Below, piece by piece: positions 12,101 to 24,100 of a DNA stretch of 64,000 nt (position 1 is the first letter of the stretch; every line of letters begins with the position of its first letter). The stretch spans positions 13,020,001-13,084,000 of the forward strand of contig NC_135250.1 in NCBI RefSeq assembly GCF_964204865.1, written 5' to 3'. The position numbers were made by a program, and so were the translations under genes. Below the pieces are notes generated by a model, which worked only from the letters and a program-made list of their open reading frames with translations, was not told the origin of the DNA and did no database searches. The stretch is from Styela clava. Lineage: Eukaryota.

Positions 12101-15100
12101 CTAGAAAAGTTGCACTGACATACTCCTTTCTTTCCAATTTATCATAGATATATGATACTGTATCTAAAATGGCATGTGATGTAGAATAATTGCTCTGAAA
12201 ACCGAATTGATATTTATTTATTACATCATATTTAGTTAAAAAATTTGCGAGTCTTTTATGTAACAAACGCTCAAACATTTTATCAATTGCTGAGAGGATT
12301 GATATTGGTCTATAATTTGAAATTAATTTTTTATTTCCAGATTTGAAAAGAGGAATAACCCGGGCGGTTTTGAGAGATGAAGGAAAGATTCCAAGTAACA
12401 GCGAGGAATTGAAGAATCTTGAGAGACAAGGGGCAATTATATCCGCAACTAATTTGATGAAGCGCGCTGGGATGTTGTCTGGTCCTACAGCCTTCCTGTC
12501 GTTAAGATTTTGTATTTCGATTAAAATTTCATTCGCGGTGGATGAGCTCAAAAAGATGGATTGGCTCACACGATTGCGGAGAAAAGGTTCGAAGTTAGCT
12601 GTATCATTGGAAAACTTATCAGCCAGGCTGGACCCAATTGTTGAGAAGTATTTGTTAAATTCTGTCGCGATTAAAAGTTCATCTCTAGTTATACAACCGT
12701 TTTCAGTATTAATTTCATCAATTTTATGCTTCAATTTCTTTTTTGCATTTGTGATTTGGCCAACTATTTGCCATGTTGACCTGGGATTACCTTTGGTTGT
12801 AGCAATAAGATTTTGATAATAGATTTGTTTAGCTTTATCTATGGTTCTTGACAAAATATTTCTATATTGTTTAAAGTAAGAGCTCTGGGAACTGTTACCT
12901 TTCAAGAAGTGAGTTTTAAACATTTTATTTTTGTGTCGAATACAAGCGTTTAGCCCTTTGGTTAACCATGGTTTTGATTGTAACCTTTTCTGACGCCGAG
13001 AAAGTGGTCGAAGTGGGGCATGGCGATCAATTAGGTGAACAAATGACTTTATAAAGTCGTCAAAAACACTATTAAAATTTTGGATATTTAAATTAATTTC
13101 AGCAAATTGATTAGCAAAAATTACCTCTGCATCACTACGAAAGCAATCGATTGAGAATGTTGACATGTCCCTTGACATTCTGCGATTGTATGTGTATGAT
13201 GGTTTGATGCCTCTCAGACAGCACATGATCGGAAAATGGTCTGTGATGTCTGACAGAACTATGTGGGAATCTATTTTTAGGTTTCTGATATTTGTATATA
13301 CATGATCAATGAGAGTTGCTGATGTACGGCTAACTCTAGTTGGGTCAGTGATTAGGGATGTGGCATTGTGTGAAATGAGCATATTGGCATAATTTGCAAT
13401 ATGAGCGTTACTAGGTGTTAAAAGTAAGTTGATGTTAAAATCTCCAATTATCAAAAATTGTTTGTTTGCCAATTTAGCGAGAGAAGTTTCCAACATGTCA
13501 GTAAAATGAGGAACATCATTTCGAGGGTGTCTATATATCACACCAACGATTAATTTATTGTCAGTACTGGCCAAAGTGATTTCGAACCATACATTCTCAC
13601 AGTTCGGGTAATTAAGATTATAAATTGAAATTTCATTATAGGTAAGGTCGTCACGGATAAAAGCACCAGCACCACCGGCTTTGGTGGTAGAAGGCATGTG
13701 TATGAAACTATACCCATCCATATTAATATTAGAAACATTGTCACTTAATAATTTTGACTCGCTTATTGCTACTATATGGGGAGGAGATGGAAAATTGTTT
13801 AAAAGAGTTATCAAGTCATCAATATTTTTTTGTAGGGATCGAATATTTACATGGAAAATTATTAAGTCAGATAAAGATTGGATAGACTTTAAATTATGAA
13901 CTTCTATATTACTGCACATTGTGACATCACTGGAAAAAACTAATTGAGAGTTACTAGAATTGGCCATTTAAGATGACAAAAGATAATTGCAATGTGGTAT
14001 AAGACAAGTAGCCATATTTAGGAAAACATAAATTTTTCCAAGAGTACATTGTAAAGTGTACAAATTATGTTTAAGTGACCTACTTGATTAATGAAAGGTC
14101 AGCATCACTCTCAATATGGATGGTAGCAGTCATTGTGTTCTTTCTTATTAGTACCTTTCCATTGTGCGTCCATAGATATTTGTATCCGCACTTATTTTTC
14201 AGATCTTTCGCCTTGAAGAATAGGTCCTTGTTGTAGTCGCTGAGGTTTTCGACAACGAAAATTGTGGTGGATCTTGAGAATTGTGGAAAATCTTCATGAA
14301 AGTTTGCTGATTTAAGATGGCGACGGTTTTTCAATATTTGATACCTGGTTTTCCTATTTACAAATTGGACAATAATTGGTGAAGGTTTTTTAGTGTTAGC
14401 TTTCGACATTCGGTGGCAATTTGAGATGTCTAAAGGTTGTAGCGATATATTGAGTCGAGCTGCTATTTTCATGATTTTGTTTTCACAATCTTCTTTTTCT
14501 GTGTATGGTATATTATGGAACTCTAAGTTATTGAGTCTTGACCTTCGCTCTTGGTCGTTTTGTCGTTCTGTAAGAATATCAACCTCCTCTTCGAGATCTT
14601 CTACAATTCTTTCCAGTTGGCGAATTCTTTTGTTGTTTTTGGCTGTAATGGTATTGAGTTCATTGTAATTGGCACTCAATTCATCGAATTTTTTTGCAAT
14701 AAAGACTTGGCTTGATTTTATCTCCCCAACTTCTTCTTTGATAACACTGATCGAGGATAACTGGGTCTTAACTTGCCTCATTGACTCATCCAGAGATGAT
14801 AGAGATTCCTGGATGCATTTACTAGTAGGTGTTGTTGATGAAATATCCATAGCTAATTTTTCGATATGTTGTTCAATTAATGCTGGTATTTCCAGTCGCA
14901 GGGTCTTAAGAATAGTGCTCTCGAGTACAGAGACTAGGTTGGAGATGTTTTGATCGGTTATGTCAGCCATTGCTGAAGAACTGGCAACTTGACGGTCGGT
15001 GGGACTTTTACGCTTTGGGGGGTTTGGAGGAACATCGCATGATTTTGTAGTAGACGACATCTCAGTTGTTCTTGAATCCACAACTCGAAAATGATGTTGA

Positions 15101-18100
15101 GCTTTCAGTTGACAGATTCCACCCCAAATGCTGAAGAGTTTCAATCATTCATAATCCAGTAATCAAGTGTCCAGTATCAAAATGTAGGCTATGATATTAA
15201 TTTAACGCTACAGTACTATATCTGCAAGCTTAATTATACAGCGAATCCTCCCTCTCCCTTTCCTCCCTCTCCCCAGTGAGATTCGTTTTCCCGTGGGCGA
15301 TGACGGGATCATAATTGAAAATTATGCACCTTGTGTCGGTTCCACGGCCGCGTTCGTTGCGATCAGATGGATAGTCGAAGTTGGGAAGACTATGTACCGG
15401 TACTATAAAAGATTTTATACGCGTGGTACTTCGTTTGGGCTTTCGTATTTGACCATTGCTCTCTTGTATCTATTTTGATAAAGTAAACGAAATATTTGAC
15501 TCACAAACCACTTCTTGACAGGTGTCGCCAGACCAACCCAAATTACAAGCACAAATGAATCCAGTCGAATTTGCTTTCAAACTGGAACTTTTGTGGCAGG
15601 TACCACCATTTTTACATGGGTCGCCTTCACATGGATTAGAAATTTCTGTAATGAACAAAAAATATGATTTTACAGTTTTCAAATTAGTATTAAAGTATAG
15701 ACATTGTCTGCTCAATAGGGTGATAGGTAACCTGTGAGTGCGCACTTTTACTCACATATGCAGCGGACATTTGTGTGACTGATATAAATACAACACGTCG
15801 CTCCGAATTGATCTCGAACCAAACGCTTTTTTAAGTCTGTGGGCAATATCATTATTTGCGCGGAATTTAAAAGATAAATTTCAATTGCTCCATCTTGCAC
15901 GTGAATAAAAATTTGAATAGCTCTTCACTACAGAATTTTTGTGCGTTTACAAGGCATTGTTGGTATTTGTTTGTTATGGGTAAAAGATTAGAAGACACAA
16001 TATTAAGGATAAACGCTCATTTTAATGCATTGGTCTTTACAACCTGCGGTAAACATTTTTTTTAAATTCGTTTTGAATCGACAAAGTATTTCGATTGAAA
16101 TTTGTCTTCTGAAAGTAGCCTGGAATGGTCAGTGTTCTTGGTTAACTAATACCATTGTTTACTTTTGATATTTAAAGGAAGTTCCAGTAATAACAAGCAT
16201 GACATTACAACTCACCACAAAATAATCCTGAAAATCCAGTGTCACATTTACAAAGGAACTTATTTTCCTCGTCAATACATTTCCCTCCGTTTTTGCATGG
16301 AGCACTATCACACTCATTTATGTCTAAACGTAATGAAAAACACACTAACTTTCATAGTAAAATATATAAACATTTATGTTCAATTCACAATATGATTAGG
16401 GCCGGATTAAGACGATGGAAGGCCATGAGGCCCCTCTATAATAATGACGTCATTGGGCAAACGGAATCAAGTATGACGCCATAATAGGCCCACCACAATT
16501 ATGACGCCATTAATATATTTTTTCAATTAATTTGAATTACCCGATTTTGTTAAGGTAGAGCTTTTCAAATTTAAACAAATTCATTTGCTTGGCCGTGATT
16601 ACTTTTTAAACGGTAAACATTTGGAACAAGAATTATTAACCTGATGTAAAAAAATTAAACAATTATCAGTTTTATAAAATTTAAATCAGTTATATTCTGG
16701 AGAAAACTGTAAAATTTAAAAATAAATGATAGTCCAAAATTGATTGTTGGTGCCCATAAGCTTCAGCCTACTTTGCCTAAATGTAAATCCGACCCTGATT
16801 ATGATTTTTGCGGTATTCGGTGGAAGATACCGGGCCGGATCATTGCATACATATGTTGATCAATAGCCATCAATATAGTAAGTAGTACACATGGGAAACG
16901 CATATTGATCAGATATTCTATATATCCAACCATATGATTCTCGTAATCATGAGATTGATATATTAAATATTTTACCACGTTGGTTTTATGCAAAATATTT
17001 TGTATCACGGTATCCTGTTGCGTTAGTTTTCTTACATTATTAACATGACATTTTTTCAGGGCGCTCCCGTAGTATGTGAACCAAGATGGCGGACACCGGA
17101 ACGAGGTATGTGTACCAGGTTGGGGTTAGGACATAATTTTATTCCAATTTTTTTTATATTAGTTCTATTACGAGTTCGAAGACTAGCCAAGTGAGTCCCG
17201 TAGTATTTGTACCTGTAATTATGGCCTAACCCTAACCGGGTACACATACTACGTCTCGGTGTCTGCCATCTTGGTTCACATACTACATGAGTACCTTTTT
17301 CAGTGTCTTTTACGTCTTTTTTTTTTTGTTTGTTTACGTAAAATCATTTGTGAAGACATTTTATTAAAATATACCAATTTCACAGTCGTCTCCAGTAAAT
17401 CCTGGGTTGCATTCTTTTCTACATAAATAACTGTTGACTTTATCAATGCACTCAAGATCTTCTGAACATGGATTTGAAGCACATTCATTCACATCTATGA
17501 AACAGAAAAGATACAAGAAAAAATACGAAATGGTAATAAAACTTGTAAATAATATCGCAATAAAAAGTTTGAATATACACACAATGGCGTGAAGCGCCAA
17601 ACATTATGCACAATAAATATGAATTTTCATAGTTACGTTACTACAATTATAGCAATAAAGAAAAGAAAATTACTAGCAAAAGAGTGAGATCTCATGGTGC
17701 GGTTTTCGATGCAACATATAAACATTAAAATTTTAATTAAGAGACGCTTATGGTACCGATATGATGTGGTACCTTTATCGCAGTTTTCTCCCGTCCATCC
17801 AGCAGCACAAGTACAAGTGTAACTTTCGTGCCACGCTATACATGTGCCAGCGTTTTTGCATGGGTTTGGAATACAAACGTTTTCTCCTGTATATATTATA
17901 CATTACATCGATGAATTTATATAAAATAAAATATAGAAACGCTACTCATTTAAAATAATAGCTTACGACCCTATTGAATAGAGTGAAAGAATAGAGAATT
18001 TTTCACATGAATTATTTTAATTGAAAATTTATAGACTGACCTTATATTATAAATATATACATTTTAACTAATGCTTCTTAGTATAAAAGTCGTTTCATAT

Positions 18101-21100
18101 TAAAAATATATGATAAAAAACACGACTAATTTATTGGATATACTACCATCTAGTGAGCATCTAATCTGTATCTGTTCTCTACAAATTTCTCGACGAAATG
18201 ACTGAAATTTTCTAATGAAATATACTAATTATAATAATGATAATACGCTAAATGCCTTCTAAAGCAAAAAAAAATGCCATTATCCAAAAACTAAACAAAA
18301 TTTTTCATTTCTTTTTTCGTATCACATCAAAATACAAAAATATTATTGCTCGTGTAACGACATATGACATAGATTGATGTCTCTTTACGCAAGATTTTTT
18401 ATGACTATATTAGGTATTGAGCATTTTTTTCAGTTTCATGTGCATTGAAACATGTGCACATGAAAATAATTTGTATATCAAGACTTGGACAAACCACAAT
18501 CATTTGAAACACTTCCAACGCGGAAAAATTACGTGCCATGGCCAAACAATATTCAAGGTATGTCTTATGGAAAAGGCTATCATTAGTTCATAATTATTTT
18601 TTAAATTTTGATCTGATTTTGCATTATTTGTCGCACAGTTTAGAAAAGTCCAGTGTTTCAGTGTTTCATTAGTTTGGAAACATGAATAAAAATATTTTTT
18701 TAAATACGTAGTATTTTGGTTTGTTAATGCCAATTTTTATATATATATATCATATTATATATGACAAAAATAAACGAACCATAGAGATAAAAATTAGATA
18801 TAAGCTTAATTCATTCACACAACAAAAACAGACTATACTACTACTAATATAAAATCTGCTCTAACCTTTGTCTTCGAATACTAGAAGTTATTCTACGAAA
18901 ACCGATGAACTATTGCTACTACTATTATTTTATATTCTGGCCTTCCTCGCAGAAATCTCCACTAAATCCATCTTGACAAATACAAAACACGGTTCCGTCT
19001 CCCATATCAACGCACTCTGCTTCATTCAAGCACGGTGCAGACGAACAAGGATCGTTTGGATCAAAATCTAGAAATTTGTTTGTGTCCTCATAACGGAAAT
19101 GAAAAAATAATTGAGAATTCAGTTACTCTGAGAAACGACTTATATCACTAGAGGTGTCATCGTGGCTTTAGACTTTAGAGGCAACATCCTTGACACTTCC
19201 AGGATACCCGCGATTGTCATCAATCGAAGGAGGAGAATGCGGGTATGAAATGAATACAGAAGTTCGAATTGTGCACTTATTCATATATGAAACTTAACGT
19301 GAAACATTTCACGTGCGTTTTTTTTAAACATCAAATGCATAGCCAAAAAAGGTTAATAGTGAGGGCCGTATGCACAAAAACATTTACAATAAAATAAAAG
19401 ATATTAGTGAAAAAGAAACAAAAACACCGTGGCTTCTGCAAAATACAATTCATTACCCATCATTTATATAATAATATAAACCTTGCTTTTCTGGTTCCTT
19501 AACTTTCGATTCACAAGTTTTCCCTTCCCATCCGTCATCACACTTGCATTCAAAATCCTCCTTTTTCTCAGTGCACGATCCGCCGTTTCTGCATGGATTT
19601 GGAACGCAATACTTTTTCTTTTCTAAAATTGATTTGATATTATGTGTACATGAAGAGTGGGGTGTATAAACAGTTATTATCAAATGTTAATCGCAACCTC
19701 GTGAAAATTCGTGTAGAATTGTTCTGCGAATTTCATAGTCGTGAATTTTCAAATTGAGAGTACTGTTTCTATATCTTGTGAACAAGCGTTAGTGGACCAG
19801 GATCGTGAAATACAAACTTAGGTGCTGATGAAATCATATTATAATACAAAATTGTCAAGGTAAAGAATGTTTCACCTGTGAGTAGCTGAAGAGATATTTA
19901 TACCTGATGCATAAGTCTTCATAATATAACACAAATGACCTAGGTCCTAGACCAGTGGTTCTCAACCTGTGGTACGCGTACCACTAGTGGTACGCGGAAC
20001 ATGTTCAGGTGGTACGCGAGCAGTTTGAATTGCAACAATTAAACTTTTGAGTTCGCTAAAATATGCCGACAACGCTTTATCTTCCATACTCTATGTATTC
20101 GCTGTACGGCCTTTATGCATCTTTTCCCGGGCATCAATTACCTTGTTTATTTCCATAACCATAACCAATCAACAAAAAGTCAACAATGATGTAACAATTG
20201 CAATTTCTGCAGCCGTTCAGACACTTCTGTCCTCCAGGCAGATATTTAAGTATGGTTGTAAAGTAAACATTTGCATCGTTTTTGTAGATTTGGGGGTTTT
20301 CAGTCGTGTTTCGAAAAAATATTTGTGAATTAAATATCTTGATTATGTCTTCAAAGAAGCATTAATTTGTTTGCTGTAGTCAAAAAATCTCGCAATAGCT
20401 GCGATAGACTAGTCTAAACTATCAGTGCCTGTAAGCGTCACGTGAGGGTTTTAAACACGTAAACAAGCGCCAACACATCGAAACATTCTCAAAATAAGTA
20501 TAAAATTTTTTGCAATAGTGAAGTACAGGAAGAATTTGTCTGGGGTCAAGGATCGGAGAAACGTTCTATGGACCAGCCTAGTCTTTAAAGATCGCCTGCT
20601 ATTGTTCACGAACGAATAGAGATGGGCGTGTTTTCGTCGTCTTGCGAATTAGATCACAAAAAATGTAGTGTCACATTAATAAATGCTCCCATAGAACTTG
20701 TCTTGTGCCATTGTTCCCCACGCCCAAAAAGTTTTTTTTTTTTTGGTGGTACGCGGACAGAGTAAAATCAGTAAAGTGGTACGCGGTCAGTAAAAGGTTG
20801 AGAACCACTGTCCTAGATCTAAGGGATCGCTTAAGTGTTATTCAATTTTTGAGAGAGTCAATCATCAAATAACATTTTCCGAAGGTAAGAGTTTTGACTC
20901 AATGTTAAAATATTTTTCGGGACTGAAAATAGGTCAACGAATACTATCGTATAATAAACTTTGTAGCTGAAATTTTTGAAGCCGAATTTTCTCAACAACA
21001 TCTCACGATTTTATAATTGTATTCGACAATAAAGAGTGATTGCCACATTTATTCCCTATGATCACCTGGTTTTGGTTTAGGAGTTGGTTTCGGTGTTGGA

Positions 21101-24100
21101 ACAGATTCTTCCTTCTTATCACATGTCTTCCCACTCCATGGAGATTTACAAGAGCATTCGAAATCATTCAGTTTGTCTTTACAAGCTCCACCATTTTTGC
21201 ATGGATTTGGAGAACAATCGTCAATATCTTAACATAATTGGAATAGGTATGTTATACTTGAAACGGAGATGGAGAGAATTCACGACTCACCAAAATTCCA
21301 TAAAGTATTACCGATGCTGTAATGCAATTATAATAACTTTCTCCGTAACTAGTGTATTAAAGAATACTTACACTCGAATGACAAGTCAACCCCTTTGGTT
21401 AGGCCACTAAAAATGTGAGTAGTCATTCATTTACACTTACAATTGTCTGCTTATAACCCACCAGGCAAAAAAAAAACTTGCTTATGTGTTGCTTTGAAAG
21501 CAGTTCTTACTTGTCGAGCAAATTTCACCAGACCAACCCGGTTTACAATTGCAAATGAATTTATTGACTTCGTCAGTGCACTCGCCGTCGTTTTTACATG
21601 GATTTGATGCACATTCATCGATATCTAAATAAAGGGATCAAACCTTTCTTATTTTTAAGTGTTGTTTGCAATAAGCTGAGCTAGAACAAAATCGCGACTG
21701 CGTGCCAATACTCTGCATTGCATAGCATAATATCATCTAATTGCATTGATGCACAGTGTATCTAATTCTTTTTTTGAATAACCTTCCAAACTACTCTAAA
21801 ATAACGAATTCATAACGAAAAGCAAAGTGTGATCTAGCTATCTTATTTCCTGTAACGTGAGCTACTACGCAGCATCAGCAACGAGGCCAACTAGCAAGCT
21901 TTGGATCTTCTGTAGCATCAGGGTATTCCAACCAATCTTTTTATACGGCTTCGCTATGGATTATATAATGATATAGCTATCCTATTTCTTGTAACGTAAG
22001 CTACTACGCAGCATCAGCAAGGAGGCAAACTAGCAAGCCCTGCGTCTTCTGTATAGCATCAGGGTATTCAACCTATCTTTTCATACGGTTCCAAATTGAT
22101 AATGAGGTGATTTGTCACCAGTACTACGCAGAAAAGAAATTGAAGAAGAGATACAAGTGTTCGACGCACATGCATGCTATTTCACCTCACATTAGCAACT
22201 CCGAAGAATAATACAAATCTGTCCAATCTCATATCAAGTTTTTTTTGGAAACCCGCCTTCAGGATACAGAAAATGTCCAACCACACATGAGATAAGCATC
22301 AAACTGTCGTTGGTGTTATGCAGATATTTTTCGCAAAAATGCTTGAAGGTTTTCGTGAGGAAAATTCAAGCTACTAGTCCTACTACTGAGCAGTGAGCAA
22401 CGTGGACTAAAGCAAAAACTGCAAGCTGCATGTGGCTAATTATAGCTTACTTGTCGAGCAAACCTCGCCAGACCAACCAGATTCACACTCGCATGAAAAT
22501 TTGTTGACTTCATCGGTGCATACACCACCGTTCATACACGGGTTGGATGCACATTCATCGATATCTTAAAATAGACAACGTTACAAATATCTACATACAG
22601 TTAGATCCGACTGTATCTCCAATGCTTTCTAGACAGCAAAGGAGACACATAAGGCTTTTCTGCTAAAAATACAATAATAGTATTAGAAGTGCCTCATATA
22701 TTAACCTACAGTTTCAAATAAAGTATTCTTTGCTAGTCCCATATTATTTAGACTATGAAATACCAGATATCGACAATGACATTAGCCAAGTTGATGTTTT
22801 TCGCTTACACTGGTCACTGATTTGTTGGCAGAATCGTTTGTTTTGGAATGTAAATTCACACGAATAAATCGGGCCTCATTCATTTTCAAAAATTCATTTC
22901 TATAAACTTGAGTAAAAAGTTGAAATCATCCGCAAAATTTTCTATAAAAGTGATGGTTTTATTCAGCGCAAACGACCCAAATACCTTGCAGTTATATGCC
23001 TCGTGTTAACAAGTTGACTTCATGTACCCACATTCAATATTATTTGCCCAAAGATCGAGAAATACTTTAGGTTAATGGAATAAATATATATAAATAATTT
23101 AAAAGTGGGTATAAAAAGTACGTTGCTACCAAAACTATAGACGATTGTCTAACTCGCCTACGTACTATCACTACGCAACGTCAGCAAAGAGGCAAACTAG
23201 TAAGCTTTGTCATCTGGCGAAGGCCCATCGTATATCCGATTTATGCAGTCTTCCGTCGTATGTTTTTATAACATGTGATGTTATATAGCCGATACTATAC
23301 TATGCTGAGAAGAAACTGAAGAGTAAGTGCGATTGTCAGCCAACAATGTATGAATACGTTTATCTCGCATCAAGAAATCCACAGGATACCAAACACGCTC
23401 ATCATCCAGCTTTTTATAATAGAATCTGCCCAGCAATATTTAAACAAATAAAAGTTGTAGTTGATGATCATTGGAGTTGCCATCTCTGAGAGATTGGAAA
23501 GTTTTACAAGAAAAGTTCAAAGAACTACCTTGCAGGATCGACTAAAGCAAGCAAAATTGGAATCTCGATCTTACTTGTCGAGCAAACGTCGCCAGACCAA
23601 CCAGATTTACATTCGCATGAAAATTTGTCAACTTCATCGGTGCATACACCACCGTTCATACACGGGTCGGATGCACATTCATCTATATCTAAAAGTACAC
23701 AACTGCTTATTTAAACACCGATTTTCGTTTGTTAAAGTTGGCATCGGTACATCAGAATATCAGGTGTATACAGTCCTACTAAGTTAATAGATTCTGTCAT
23801 TGTATAGAAAAAAAGTTCGTAAAATTAAATGCATATAACGACCATAATATGGATACCTAACCGATATATATATATATCCAATATTCATATATAAGCGGTC
23901 AGCGTCAAATGTACTTTTATAAGATATCTGCTCTTACACCAATGAGTTTACTATGAGTCGTTATTGAACACGAATTTGGGGCAAAAATACGGGACAGTGC
24001 AGATTTGGCAAGCCAAACATACCGAGGTTTGTTACCGAGACTCAGTAGAAGCTTAACACTTTTCATACCGTTGCGGGCAGATAATGGGCATCAGAAGTAG

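Larger units (their letters stand above)
10106..15275 (-). mobile_element. Near full-length non-LTR retrotransposon (L2/CR1 group, Crack-like) inserted in an intron of the EGF gene
   Basis: Two intron-less ORFs (ORF1 and APE-RT ORF2) and a ~900-bp 3'UTR. It ends on the minus strand in AATAAAT followed by a (TCTGAA)n-type tail at 10106-10127. A 3' stem-loop lies at 10226-10262. The 5' boundary (~15275) is approximate and no clear TSD was found. Confidence 0.88.

Noticed and set aside
12343-14953. Plus-strand ORFs of 72-157 aa antisense to the LINE, and similar ones antisense to the large ZNF exons
   Set aside because: Antisense shadows of real coding sequence with no domain signal.
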